Source: Piromyces finnis finn (lineage: Eukaryota; Fungi; Neocallimastigomycota). Taken from it: 64,000 nucleotides of DNA. The notes beneath the pieces are model-generated. The model made no database searches and was not told the DNA's origin. It worked only from the letters and a program-made list of their open reading frames with translations. Below are positions 11,546 through 26,517 of the stretch, piece after piece. The stretch is taken from positions 372,001-436,000 of the forward strand of contig MCFH01000030.1 in NCBI GenBank assembly GCA_002104945.1, given 5' to 3'. The stretch's first letter is position 1. The number at the start of each line of letters is the position of its first letter. The translations under genes were made by a program, and so were the position numbers.

Positions 11546-13302
11546 GTAATGATATCAACCTAAAATTGTATATTATTGATAATTATTAATATAAAATCAT
11601 ATTTCTTTTCCAAAAAGCGAAATTTAAAAACAAAAACAAGAAATTTAAGGAAAATCAATTAAATTAGATAGTAGTAAATAATGAAATTATTAGAATAAAC
11701 AAATATTTGTTCAGAAATTGTAATATGTATATATTTAGAGCTATAATAAAATGTTAATTTTACATTTTTTTTTAAAAAAAAGTATTCATATTTAAATATT
11801 AATGAATATTTATTTTAAATAAATAAAATACAAGATTTCAAAATAAAAAATAAGTAAAATAGAAATTATAAAATATAAGATATAAAGTATGCATAAATTT
11901 GATATAAAAATAAAAAATTAAAAATTATTTTTGTTTGCATTATTACTTCTCGTTAAAAAGTAAAAAGTATTTTTAATAAAAACTTTAATATATTTACTTT
12001 ATTAAAACAGATTTTTAATAAGAAATATCCTTAAAGATAGCATAAATAATTTATACTTGATTTTAAAATATTATATATAATTTGTTATGATTAGACGAAA
12101 AGTTCCTTAATATAATAGGAATATAATAATGTAATAATAACCCTAGTTAGCAATTATTAAAAGTATTTATTAGCTTATTATAAAAGGAATAAATAATTTT
12201 TATTTTTATTTTTTAAAGACAATACTTTTTTTTTTTTAATTTAATAATATTCTTTATATATGATTTATATATAGGAAATTATAATTTACTTTTTTTTTTA
12301 AAAAATAATTAAAATACAAAATTTTCATTTTAAATATCAAAAGGTTTTTAATAGTAACAAGTAATAAAATCAAATGTAATAATTATTAAATAATTATATT
12401 TGTATAATTACATAAAATTAATAAATATTCTAATATGAATTGTAATTTTAAATTTGATATCTATATAATAAAAACATTGAAATGGAAACATTGAAATATA
12501 AAATGAAATACTTAACAAATAGTTAAAAACTTTATAATCATCATCATTTTATTAATTCTTTGTATTATAAAAAGTTTTTAAAAAATGAAAGGATTAGTTT
12601 AAAATTGTATATTCAATAATTTAGAGATAAAATGTATTGAAAAACATTTATTACTAAAGTAAAAATAAAAAAAAAATGAATCATCTACATTTGATTATTT
12701 TATTGGTAATAATTATTAATCTATCTAAATGAAAAATATCTATTATATCTGTTATTTACTATTAATTGTCTAAAAACTGTTTTTTCAAAAAAGTTTATTT
12801 AATGTCTTAATTTGTTATTATTATGCATAATTCATGTCAATCATTTCTTAATTAATTTTAATTATCCATAATCCATATATTATTAAAATGTAATTTTAAT
12901 TTTTAAAACTTTAATTTATAATACTTTTTAATTTTGAATTTAATTTTTCTTTAATTTATAGTAAAATTATACATTATATAATAATGTATTGTATAATGTA
13001 TTTTAAATAAAAGAAAATACAATATAGATTAAAATTAAGGAAAATAAAATGACATTTTATTTAATAAATTTTTTTTTTATTAATAAAAAGTAACAAGTTT
13101 TAAATATTATAAAAAATAAATTTTAAAGGAAACATTGTTACAATATAGTAAAAGTTTAAAAAAAAAAACTTTTCAAATATTTATAATTAAAAATAACTTT
13201 TTAAAATTACCATAATTAAATAACAAATTTTTTAGGAAAACAAAATACTTTATATAATTTAAATAAATGAATATTATTTAGAATAATAATATAAAAAATA
13301 AT

Positions 13303-13304
<2 letters not shown>

Positions 13305-13399
<95 letters not shown>

Positions 13400-13490
13400 T
13401 AATAATAATAATAATAGTAATAATAATAATAATAATAACAATAACAAAAAATAGTAACACCACCAACAACAATAACAATAACAATAACAA
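13305..13490. repeat. (AAT)n microsatellite, ~186 bp, degenerating to AAC/AGT variants
   Basis: Seen directly in the sequence. Confidence 0.98.
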
Positions 13491-13782
13491 ATAAAATTTT
13501 ACTATTTTTACATTTAAATATTGTTAAGGTAATTTTTTTTTTTTTTAAAAAAATCTAAATTTAATTTCAAAATAGATATATAAATTTATTGAGATATTAA
13601 TTATAAATATAATATTAATTTAAGAAGCTCGGTTTATTAATGTTTTTTTAATTAATATTTACATGTATAAATTCATTATTAAAAATAAATGTATATTATT
13701 AATATTCTTTAATATTATAATAATGAAATTTTCTTACAATTACAAAAATTTTATGAAAATTTTGAATTAGTAAAAATTGACA

Positions 13783-16700
13783 ATGGAATGTTGTGTGTAT
13801 ATAAAACAAGAGATAAATAATTTAAGGCAAATTATTATAACCCAAAAAAATATAAATAATGGGTATGCCTTAATTTTATATCAGCATTATTCAGTAATGA
13901 AAAATATGTATGTTGCAAATTATTTATCAGTATCAGCAGTTAATTTCGAGGGTTGTAAATGTTATTCCGAAGGAATATATGGTTGTTTGGGTTTAATTTG
14001 CATAAAAGGAGGTAATTATATTTTATTTAAGTAATTATTGTATTTCTTTATTTATTTTTTTTCATTTATATATATATATATATAAATGAGGGTATTGCTG
14101 ATTTTATGAATATATATACTTTTGAAATTTCATTTATATAATAATATATAAAGATATATACATTTCGAAGATTTCATATTTTTTTTTATATAAAAATGTA
14201 TTTTAATAATTATATATTTTTTATTTTTTAATGAATATTCATTTTATTAAAATTTTTAACAATTTTAAACATAAAGATACATTTCTTGTTCTTGTAACAC
14301 AAATTGAAAATGTTGGAGTATTTGATGGAAAAACTATTTATCGTATTACAGGTGTAGCATTTATATCATTGAATAGTGACATGTATGATTATTGCATTGA
14401 TAAAAAATATGAATTATTAATGCAAGATGAAGATACAAATAATTCAACGCTTCCAAATCATCCATGTAATGATTTAATAAAATATTTATCAAGAGGAACG
14501 TTCTATTTTTCAAATGATTTTGATTTAACACATTGTGCTCAAAATAGATATCTTGAAATTGGAACAAAAAAATCATTATCATACTTAGAAAGTGCAAATA
14601 GCAATTTTTTTTGGAACAAATATTTATTGAAAGAATTATTAAATTTTAGAAAACATTTATTAGATATAGAAAAAACAGAATTAGATAGAAGTGGTATTTT
14701 ATTAGTTGTTATTCAGGGTTTTGTATCCATTAGTAATATTAGGACGGTAGATGAAGATTCTCAAATGTGTTTAATATCAAGGTTAAGTTGCAAAAGAGTT
14801 GGTACACGTTATAATGCAAGAGGTATTGATGATGATGGTAATGTTGCAAACTATGTCGAAAGGTAGTAATATTTATAATTAAGATTATTATCTCTATAAA
14901 AAATAAAATTATTATTATCATTATCACTTGTTCTAATATTTTAATAAAATAAATAATTATTAAATATATATTATATATATATATATATATTTTCTATATT
15001 TAAAGTGAAATTCTTTTCCATAATTATGAATATTATTTCTCATTTTTACAAATTCGTGGTAGTGTACCGCTTTTCTGGGAACAACCTCAAACAGCTCAAA
15101 TGACACATAAGTAATTATGTTAATATGTAATGTATTATTTATCATAAATGATAATAAACATTAATTATAATTTATTATATTAATTATAAAAAAAAAAAAT
15201 AAAAGACTTGAATTATCACGAGGTATGGAATCAACAGCACCTGCATTTAAAAGACATTTTGAGAAAATGATAAAGGTAAGAAAAAAAATTATTTATATAT
15301 TAAATTTAATATACTAATAATGGAAATACATTATAAGAAGACTTTCAATATTAATACTATTGACAATAAATATAATTAAAACTCATATACTTTTATTTTA
15401 TTAATACATTATTAATTATACATTTTTATGATATCTTGCCATATTAGAAATATGGTCATGTATATATTATTAATTTATTAAGTAAAAAGGAAGGGTCTGG
15501 AGAAAACGTATTGGGTAAAGAATATGATAACCATTTTAGAAACTGTCCAAAATCTATAAAAAATTATTTGAATAAATTGGATTTTGATTTTCATGAAAAA
15601 TATAAAAATGGCGAATATAACGACTGTGAAGAAATATTAAATATAATTAATAATGATTTAGATAATTATACCTATTTCTTAATGAAGAATAATGATGTTG
15701 TAAGTAAACAATTAGGTGTTGTCCGTGTTAATTGTTTAGATTGTCTCGATCGTACAAATGTTGTAGAAACTAACATTGCATGGCATATATTTAGAAAATT
15801 TTTTTTAAACGAAAAAAATGTTAATTATTGTTCTTTAGTTTATGGAAATGATAATTTTAAAACATCTTTTAAAAATATTTGGGCAGACAATGGGGATCAA
15901 TTGAGTAGAATTTATGCTGGTACTGGAGCGTTAAAATCGTCAATTACTAGAAAGGGTAAACAAACAGTATTGGGTTATCTTAATGATGCAAAGAAAAGTA
16001 TTAATCGTTTCGTCAATAATGCATTCTTTGATAAATCAAGACAAGAAACTATTAATCTCCTTTTAGGAAGATTTGATAATCAAATGGATGTTATTTTACA
16101 TGATCCATTATCAGATGCTGTTCAAACAAAGTTACAAAAGCAAATATACAAATTTAGTTCTAAAGGTAATATTACTATCTTTTCCGGTACATGGAATGTC
16201 AATGGCCAACCCCCTACGGAAGATTTATATCAATGGCTTTATCCAGATGATGAGAAAGTACCTGATATTTATATGATCGGTATTGAAGAAATAGTAGAGT
16301 TAACACCACAACAAGTTATGTCAACAGATCCTGAAAAAAGAAGAATTTGGGAAAAAGAAATTTTAAGGAATTTAAGAAAGATTGATCCTGGCTATATTCA
16401 TTTAAAGTCTAAGCAATTAGTTGGTGCTTTCATTTCAATATACATTAGAGATAAAGATGTTGAGAAGGTTAGAAATGTTGAAGCACAATTAATGAAAACA
16501 GGTTTGAAGGGTTTAGCTGGTAATAAAGGTGGTGTTGCTATTAGTTTAAATTATCAAGATTCATCTATTTGTTTTGTTACTGCCCATTTAGCAGCTGGTC
16601 AGCAGAACATTGAAGATAGAAATAGAGATTATGCCACCATTTCAGAAGGTATTGTATTTAAAGGGGGAAGAAAAATTGGTGATCATGATTATGTTATATG

Positions 16701-18849
16701 GATTGGTGATTTCAATTATCGTATTAATAATCTTGCTAATGAAGTTGTACGTCAAATGGTTTATGATGGTAAATTAGATGAATTATTAAAGGATGACCAA
16801 TTAATTAATCAAATGGCAGAAGGTAAGGTTTTTGAAGGATATCATGAAGGCTATATTACTTTTAGACCTACTTATAAATATGATAACAATTCTGATTGCT
16901 TTGATACTTCAGAAAAGGCAAGAATACCAGCTTGGTGTGATAGAGTATTATATAAAGGAAAAATGATTAATCAAAAATATTATAAATCAACTAATCTCTT
17001 TTCTTCAGATCATAAGCCAGTTAAATCATTATTTGATGTCGAAATTACTATTGTTGATAGAGAAACAAAAAGAAAGATTGAAAAGGAATTATATGAACAA
17101 CAATTAGATATATATAAAAAGGGTCAAATGAATACAATTTCATTTAAAACCAATCCATTTTTGGATGACGATGATACAGAATATGACAGATATCTTGAAC
17201 CAAAGAAAGCTAGTACTAATAATTATTATTGGTGGGATTTGAAACTTCTTAATAACCACCATTCTCCAGATACATATAGTATTTCTTCTAGTGAGTCATT
17301 TAAAACAGATTCTTCTCCAGTTCAATCATTTAGTAGTGCCTTCACTTCAATATATGATAATGGTAATAGTTATTTAGTTCATGAAACGAGTTGTGAAATT
17401 CCAAGTTACCTACACCAAAATGTCAATAATAATCAAAAACTAGAAAATCCATTTGTAGCTGAACCAGAAGAAAATATACCATCTGAAAATTCTTCACCAA
17501 CTAAACCACAGCCAAAGCCATTAAAATCTTATACTGGTCCACGTCAACCACCAAAACCTAAATTAAGAAATTCACAGTCTTCAGGAATGGGTAGTAGAGA
17601 TAATAGTATAAATGGAAATAATTCACCTACAAGAGCAGCAAACATAGTATCCAAACATAGTTCAAGATCAGGATCAGCAGCTTCATCAGCTCCAGGAACA
17701 CCAAAATCTTCTTTATCTAAAACATTACCATCATCCCTTATTTCAAATGAATTAACGGAACAAATGGTATCTTCACCTTTATCATCAACACCAATAACAG
17801 CAACATCACCATCATCAAGATCAATTAATACAGCTAATTCAAAGCCGGCCCCACCATCAACACCAAAACCAACAGTTCCAGTTAACTCAAAGCCAGCTCC
17901 ACCATCAACACCAAAACCAACAGTTCCAGTTAACTCAAAGCCAGCTCCACCATCAACACCAAAACCAACAGTTCCAGTTAACTCAAAGCCAGCTCCACCA
18001 ACAACACCAAAACCATCAACACTAAAATCATCAGTTCCAATTAATTCAAAGCCAACCCCTCCATCTACACCAAAACCATCTATTTCAACTCATTCAAAGC
18101 CAACCCCACCATCTACGCCAAAACCATCACATCTAGTCAATATAAGATCGGTTCCTCCAGTAATATCAAATTCAAGTTCTCCTGCTTCTTCAACTACAGG
18201 AACACCAAAGCCTGTAAAAAAACCTGTACCACCATCTACGAATAAATCTGCAATAAAGCCAAATCCATTATTAAGATCAAATACATCTATTTCTTCAATT
18301 AATAAAATAAATAACCCAACAATTCCTAAATCTCAATCTAGTAGCATTAGTTCATTAATTAATAATTTTAATAATAATTCTATTATAAATAAAAATAATA
18401 GTGATAAAGATGATAAAATAATAACTGATAATATATCAAATCAACTATCCAGAGCTTTTGTAATGAATAATCAAGAAGATAACAAAATTATTACTAATGA
18501 GAAAAATGAGGAGAATGAAAAATTGGTAGTAGTTGAATCAAATATTAAACCAAGTGCTTTTAAAAATGGTATTTTTAATGTTGAAACAAAAAAAGGTGAG
18601 GAAAAGAAAATGACTAGATCAGCTACACTTCCTGATTTATGTAAAGATGCTATGGAAGAAAACAACCCAATAAAAAAGAAAAATGTTGTAAAAGAAAATA
18701 ATGATAGTGTACCTAATCCTACTCCAGGTCTTATATTTAATAAGAAAAAACAACCTCCACCAATTCCACAAAAACCAAAGAAATTAAATAACATTAAGAC
18801 ACCTGATGAAAATGTTAGTCCATTTAGTGACGCATTTTCAATTAAATAG
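13783..18849 (+). CDS. INP53: Synaptojanin-like polyphosphoinositide phosphatase (Sac1 domain + 5-phosphatase + proline-rich tail); exons 13783-14011, 14277-14862, 15006-15110, 15206-15275, 15448-18849
   Basis: Sac motifs YGCLGLI, RYNARGIDDDGNVAN, QIRGSVPLFWEQ and catalytic RVNCLDCLDRTN. 5-phosphatase motifs GTWNVNG, GNKGGVAI, AHLAAG, WIGDFNYRI, PTYKYD, PAWCDRVL, SDHKPV. Two NPF motifs and a Pro-rich tail. The yeast paralog (INP52 vs INP53) cannot be resolved. Confidence 0.95.
17836..18126 (+). repeat. 48-bp coding tandem repeat (NSKPAPPSTPKPTVPV) in the synaptojanin tail
   Basis: Units start at 17836, 17884, 17932 and 17980; two more diverged KPTPPSTPKP cores follow. Confidence 0.95.
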
Positions 18850-19343
18850 TTGTTAAAACTAAATTATATTTATACCTTTTTTTTTTTATAAAATATTACA
18901 TTAATATAATTTAAAATAATATCGAACAATTATATTAATCATAACATTTAACAACGACAAATACAATAAAACAAAACAAATCAAAAACAAAATAGAAAAA
19001 AGGATAAATTAAGTTATATAAAGAGATTATTATAATAATATATAATATTATTTATTTTAATTTTTTTTTTTTTTTTTTTTTTTAATCTTTTATATATTAA
19101 GTTTAGAAAATTTAGTTTATATTCAGTTTAAATAATAAAAATATTTTGTATTTCTCTAATAATTAAAATCTATAAATATATTTTAGATAAATTGAATAAT
19201 TAAATATAAATTCATATTCTTCTTTTTCAATTTATAGTAATGATAAAGAAGAGGAATAAAGGTGAGAAATAATTAAAAAAAAAAAAAAAATTAAAATTTG
19301 TTAAAAATATAAAAATTATTTTTATCCTCTACAATAATACTTA

Positions 19344-19875
19344 TTATTCTAATAATCCTTCAAAAATTCTGATTGAACCATCTGTACTGCATGTGACAAA
19401 GCATAATTTATTGTCTTGAATAGCTTTCCATTCAATTGACTTAACAGATGCAATATGCATATCACTTAATATATATGTGTATAAAAATTTTTTTAGTATT
19501 GTATATTGGTAAAATTCTATATTTTATAATTATAATTCAATTTTCTTTATATTTACGTTTCATTAATTGTTCCAAATTCTGTCCAGGTTGAACCATTAAG
19601 CTTTAAATCATTTTTATCACATTTTAATATATTAATTTTACCGCTTTCTAAACCAAGAGCTAAAACATAACTAAATATATTAATAAAAATTAATAAGATA
19701 TTTGATTTTTATAGAGATTTAATGCTTTTAATTATTTATCATTTAATTTTAAACGTACTATGGTTTATCAATATTTAAAAATTGAATAGAGGTAACACTT
19801 TCTTTGAGCTTTAAAGTTGATACAATCCATTTATTTACTGGTTCTTCGTCATCAATTTTCCATATTTTGATCTAT

Positions 19876-19926
<51 letters not shown>

Positions 19927-20664
19927 ATAAATATTTTAATTTATTGATATTTTTAATTTTAAAAGTTAATTATATTTTATATTTAATTTAATTAAAATGA
20001 AAATTACGGTTTTGTCTCTGGAAGCAGTAGCAAAATATTTATTATCTGGAGTCCATGAACAATCCCATATAATTCTTGCATGGGCTTTAGTATTATGTGT
20101 TACGAATTTATATGGTTCATCTATATTCAATATGAACATCATAAATCAATTAATAATTGAATGATATTATAATTAAAAATTAAACGGTTAGTTTATAATA
20201 GATTTAAATATATTATATACCTTCATTTCCTGTTTTTTTAAATAATGACCATGAACGATCACGGCTTACACTAATCAAATATTCATCATTATTTGAAAAA
20301 GCTAAAGCTGTAATAGTTAAAGTGTGTCCTGGAAGAGTTTTTGGATATTCTTTCCATGTTTTAGTATTCCATAATCTAATAGTAGCATGTTCTGGTTTAG
20401 CTGCTTTATTAACAGAAGCAGCAATTTTGAAGTCATGGGTAGTAGTAACATACATAATTTCATAAACATGTCCATATCTAAATTCAAATAAGCAAATTAA
20501 AATTTTATAAATTAAATTTATGGCACTTATTGCATAAATATACATATATTATCTTTATTTATTTCTTACAATTTTTGAATTTCTGGCCATAAGGTATAAT
20601 TACATAAGTAATTTTCAATTGGTGGAGTGTCTATTCCTTCAAGTAATTGACTATTGGTATCGGC

Positions 20665-20699
<35 letters not shown>

Positions 20700-23678
20700 A
20701 AAAATAAAAAAATACAATATATAAATTAATATATAATTGAGATATGTTAGCTTCTTTTATATTAATTCATTGGTTATTTATATATTTTTTAATACTATAC
20801 GTTGTGAAACAGCTTTATTTGATAAACCGAGTGCTGGTAATGCTGCTGATAATGGTCTTTCTTCTTGATTCTAAATTTGCAAATAAAAATATTTTAATTT
20901 TTTATTTAATACCAATTTCAATAATAATAAAAAAAAAACTTACATCATCTATCTCCATTGAGTCATTTCCTTTAAATTTATTTAGTGTCTTAACAAATGA
21001 TAATGGTGCTTGAATGACACGTAATACTTTTTCATCAGCACCACAAATATATTTGTGGTTATCTAAAAATGTTAAACAACGCATATCATAACCATGAATT
21101 TGAGGACGAGCAACCTCATACCAATTATTAGTTTTTTGATGTTGCATAAATAATCTAGAAGTTTGATCCTTACTATTTAAATTAATTTTTTTTATTATTT
21201 TTTTGATATTTATTATAGTTAAATATTTGCTTTTATTTTTATTTTATATAATTTCCATTAATAAAATATCACATTACCTAACAGAAATAATATAGTTTGA
21301 AGTAGGGTCCCATCTAACTTGTTCAACAGGTCCAAAATGTCCAGTTATTGTAACTTGTGGTTCCCAAACTATTTGTTTATATAGTTTATTAGTAAATTCA
21401 TTTATTAATTATGTATTATTAGGAAAAATTTAATAAAGTACCATTATCATTTTGTGTTTTTTTCCATAAATAAAATGCACCAGTGTATGAATGTGATAAT
21501 ATAGCATTTCCATCTGGACTGAATAAACCTCCAATAAATCCATTTGATTCACTTCCCAATTCACCAACACGAATCTATTTATGGTTAAAAGAAAAAAGGT
21601 GAAAATGTTTAATGAAATTTTTATCTCTTTTTCAAGTATTAATTTAAATAAAAAAATATTTATAATTTATAATTTATTAAACATACAGTACTGTTCCAGA
21701 CACCATTTAATTCTGGATCAGGTATCCATATAATCATAGTGTTATCTGCTGATGCAGAAAGGAGCTGCATTTCATAGATTGGTTCAACTAAAAATAAAAT
21801 AGAATATAATTTTTTTTGTGAATAGAAAAGTTTTATGCCAATTAATAATTTTCTTACATACATGAATCACTTGGAATACGTTTCCATTTAACACCATAAA
21901 CCCAATTATCATGTCCCATTAAAACAGCATCTAATAAAAGTGTGAAATTCTTTTTACTATTATATGTTATATATATTTTAATATTAACGTATATATATGT
22001 ATATATATATACATATTATTTTTTGGTGTTAATTTTCAAAGAAATAATAAAAATATAAAATTATGCATATAATTATATTTACGTTGAATCTTCTTCATTA
22101 ATTTCGAATAAATGGGCTTTTGTACTTAATTGGAAACCATCAGCGTTTCTATATTAATTATTAATAAAATTTTATTATTATTAATTATATTAAAAAACAA
22201 AAGTTTTAATTTAATTATTAATTATTTACTAACATATTATTTAAACTGAAAGATTCTAAAATATCTTTTGATGAAAAGTTATTATTATTTAATAAACCTT
22301 CAGTATTTGAAGATTTAACATCTAATGATTCAGATATTTTCCATATTCTAATATATTTATCTTGCGATGAACTTGCTAAAATTAAAGTATCTGGATCATT
22401 AGCCATTTTAGCAAACTCAAGACAACGAATCCAATCTGTATGACCTTGAAGAGAAAGAATTTTATCAAACTTTTTTTTTTTTTTGTTATGATTAATATAA
22501 TAATATTATTATTAATTATCTCAAAACCATTAAATAAATATATTATATTAGAATTACGTTGTTTGAATTAAAAATATAAATATCAATGGCAAGATTTGTT
22601 CCTCCAGCAGCCATTATAATTTCTATTTAATATTTTATAGATATAAATACATTTAATGGAATAGTTAAAAACTGGAATTTTACTAAATATTTAATAAATG
22701 CTTTTTATTAAATATTATTGAAATTAGAATTAGTTACTGTTTGAATTTGGTAAATATGATAAATCTAATGATAATGTGAAAAATTTTTTATAACTTGTAT
22801 CAATAGTTTGAATACTTTCTTTAACTTCTTCCACTATATCTTTAATGATTAATGAATATAATATATATTATTAAAATACAATTTATTTCATAAGTAAATT
22901 ATATAATTTTTTAAATTTAATACAATACTTGAAGAACTATTTAAATTATAATTCCAAATTTTAATTGTTGAATCTGTAGAAGAAGAAGCTATTAAAATAT
23001 TATTTGGATTTTCCTTATCCGCGATAAGAGCAACATTTTCAATATTTCCTTTATGACCCTTTAAAATACAAGCTGGAACCCACTTTTATAATATAAATAT
23101 TTATTTTTAGTATAATTATTTAAATTAAATATATAAATTATTATAAAATAAAATAAAATAAAATAAAATGATAAATGTTTTATATATATTACATTATTTT
23201 CTTCATTTAATTTCCAAATTCTAATGGTTTTATCTTGTGAATATGAAACTAATACTTTTCCTTGATGAGGTCCTTTATATTTTTTAATTTTATATAAATA
23301 AAAATTTAATAATTCACAAACATATTAAAATAAACAAATAAATTTAAATATTTAAACATACCGAATTTTAAAAATTTAACACCATTTACTATATCTTTAT
23401 GACCTGGAAGAGTAGTAGTAATTCCTATATTTTCATTATCCTGCAATGTTCAAAATTAATTACAAGTTTTATTAGTATTATATTTTATTTTGGTCATTAT
23501 CCGAAAATCATTTTCCTATTTATACATAATTTTATATAAATATATAACATACAAATGGTTTAAATAATGCAACAAAATTTCCTGCGGCATAAGCAATTTG
23601 TCCATATAAATTCCAATCTGCTCCGTTGGTAACTTTATTGGCTCCAATAGAAATGAATTTTGGTTTAAACAATATCAT
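19344..23678 (-). CDS. ELP2: Elongator complex subunit 2 (WD40), multi-exon
   Basis: N-terminus [22 protein letters not shown]; [11 protein letters not shown]; [14 protein letters not shown]; [21 protein letters not shown]; ASRDKTIKIW; C-terminus [17 protein letters not shown]. Not all exon edges were checked. Confidence 0.93.
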
Positions 23679-24846
23679 TTTTAGTTTTATTATTGAATAT
23701 TATAATCTTTAAAAAAGAAATAATATGAAAAAAAAAAAAAAAAAGAATATTAGTAAATAGTAATTAAGAATTAAAGATATTAGAATAAATAATTAAATTA
23801 TAGATTTTGATAATTTGAAATTTAAATTTTGGAATTAATGCATTAATAATAAATTTTAAATTATATACATATACATTATAATAATTTATATTATGTATAT
23901 TTAATATTTTAATGTTATAATTAGTGCCGTAAAAGACATATCGTTATTATTAATAAAATTTAAATTAAGCAATTTATAATGTTTTAATTTATTTATTATG
24001 AAAAATTTACTATTTTCATTATTATTTGAATTTTTTTATTTTATTATATATTTTAATAAATTGAAAAATAGAAACTTTTTAATTTAAATTATATTTAATT
24101 CAGCTTTTAATTGATGATATACCCCGATAATTTGTCCTTCGTTTTTTCTTCTTTTTATAATATTCAAATTGTATAAATATCAAATTTATATAAAGAATAG
24201 TAATATTTTTTTTTTTTTTTTTAAATTAATTTTAAATTTGATTATTCTTCAAATTTTCCACCAATAAAAATTCAAAAATTTATATATATATGAAATTATA
24301 ATTATATAATTATAACAAATAATTGTAAAAAAGTTAAAAAGTTCAGAGTAATGAATAACAATGAATAAAGTAATAATGATAGTTTTATAGAAACAATATA
24401 ATTAAAAATTAAAACAATATTTTAATTGAACCATGTGATACTGTAAAAAAGCTATTTATTTTTTAGATATTTTTATTCTTTACTAACATTGACTGACTTT
24501 TTTTGTTAAATAATTATATATAGAATGATTGGCGAATTTTTCATTTTTGTATACATAAATTTATTATAAATTCATTTAGTTCTAAAGTATTCATTAGGTT
24601 CAAAAATTAAAAAAGGTAATAATTATTGAACTTTACTTTGTGATGTTATAAAGTTATTTTTTTTTTAAATAGTAAATATAAAAACTAAAATCGAATATTT
24701 TCTTCTTATTAGCTTTCTTATTTATACTGAAAATTTTAAAATTATTATATTCTAAATAGAATCAACAATATTAATAAAATCGAAAACAATTTCAAAAAAG
24801 AATTTTACAAACTTATTTTTTACTCTATTAGTAATTGAAATTCAAA

Positions 24847-25708
24847 ATGAATTCCCTTGGAATGACATCAGAACAACATCCACACCAACAAAGATTACAA
24901 AAAATGTTAGAATCTTGTGCTTTCAAAACAGCCACTAGTGGAATTATGGGTATATTAATTAATACATTTCAATTTTATCTAATTTAAAACTTAAATTTCA
25001 TTAAAATGAAATACATTTTTAAAAAATCTTAATGTTTAAATTCAATATATTTTATTTAATTAATTATGAATGATAATTAGAATATTAATTGCATTAAATA
25101 ATTTTGTAAATTTAGATTTAATTTTACAGTACAACATATAACTAATATATATATATGGACTAAAAAATTTATTTTAAAGGTATTGGTATGGGTGGTGTTT
25201 TTGGTTTGGTAATGTCAAGTATTGATTGGAGTGTTACTGAAGAAGAAATAAAAATGACTACTAAACAGCAAATTAAACATTCAGCTAAACAAATGGGAAG
25301 TCGTTCTCTTGCTATGGCAAAAAGTTTTGCTTTAATTGGTGCGATGTTTTCAGGTTCTGAATGTGTTGTAGAATCTGTATGTTTATCTATATATGAAAAG
25401 AAAGTTGTTTTAAAAAATTAATAATTAATTTAAACATTCTATATTGTTTTTAGTATCGTGGAAAAAAAGATGCTTATAATGGAATTGCTGCGGGTTGCAT
25501 TGCAGGAGGAGCTTTAGCAGTTAAAGGTTTATATAATGGGAATTTTAGTAAAAAAAAGATATAAAAATTAAAAAAATGATGATTTAATTTATAATATAAT
25601 TATAATTATTATTATAATAATATAGGTGGTCCAAGAGCTATGTTAAGTGGTTGTGTTGGTTTTGCAGCATTCTCTGGATTTATTGATTATTACATGAGAT
25701 CAAAATAA
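24847..25708 (+). CDS. TIM22: Mitochondrial/hydrogenosomal inner-membrane carrier translocase Tim22; 4 exons
   Basis: MLESCAFKTATSGIMG, AKSFALIGAMFSGSECVVESYRGKKDAYNGIAAGCIAGG, AMLSGCVGFAAFSGFIDYYM match the Tim22 pattern, including the paired Cys. Confidence 0.92.
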
Positions 25709-26517
25709 AAAAAAAGAGAAAAATACAATTATCATTTTTTTTTTTTAGTAAACATACTACATACTACTCATATTTATACCAATACTTAATAAATTATTTT
25801 GTAATTATTATTCTATATATATATTTTAATTGTAAAAGTTATCAAGTAAATCAGAATACTAATACTAATACTAATAATAACAGTAATAATACTAATCATA
25901 AATAATAATAACAATACCAATAATAAATAATAATCATGAAATAATAAAAATTATAAAAAACTTTTATAAAAATTCAAACAATAATAAAAATGTATTTAAA
26001 TAAATATTAAAAAAATATAGAAAATTAGAGAATATTAATAATTTAAAATTATTATATTATGCATAAATTATAGTAAGAAGTGATAATAATAAAAATAAAC
26101 ATATATTATAAATATTAAATAACTTTCAAATTTTAACAAAAAAAAAAAAAATCATTTCTTTTTTTTATTTAAAAATTTTTAAAATTTCAATAAAGAAAAA
26201 TCCGAAAAAATTTAATTTTTTTATTGTTTTAATTGGAGATTTAATTAAAAAATTATTTTATATTATTTTGTTCATACATATATTTATTTATTATTATTAT
26301 AATTATAATTATTTTCTTTATATAAAAATAATTATAACCTTAATATATTTTAAACCAATATATATTTTTAAATAAGGATAATTAAGAAATGAGCTTTATT
26401 GTATAAACATTTATTTTTAAAATAATATTAATATCTTTCAAGTTATAAACTATAATATCGTTTAAAAGTTATATAAAAAATTATAATATCTAAAGTACAT
26501 CAATACAAAAGAGCAAA

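Noticed and set aside
13278-13490. 70-aa poly-Ile/Leu 'membrane protein'
   Set aside because: Translation of the (AAT)n microsatellite.
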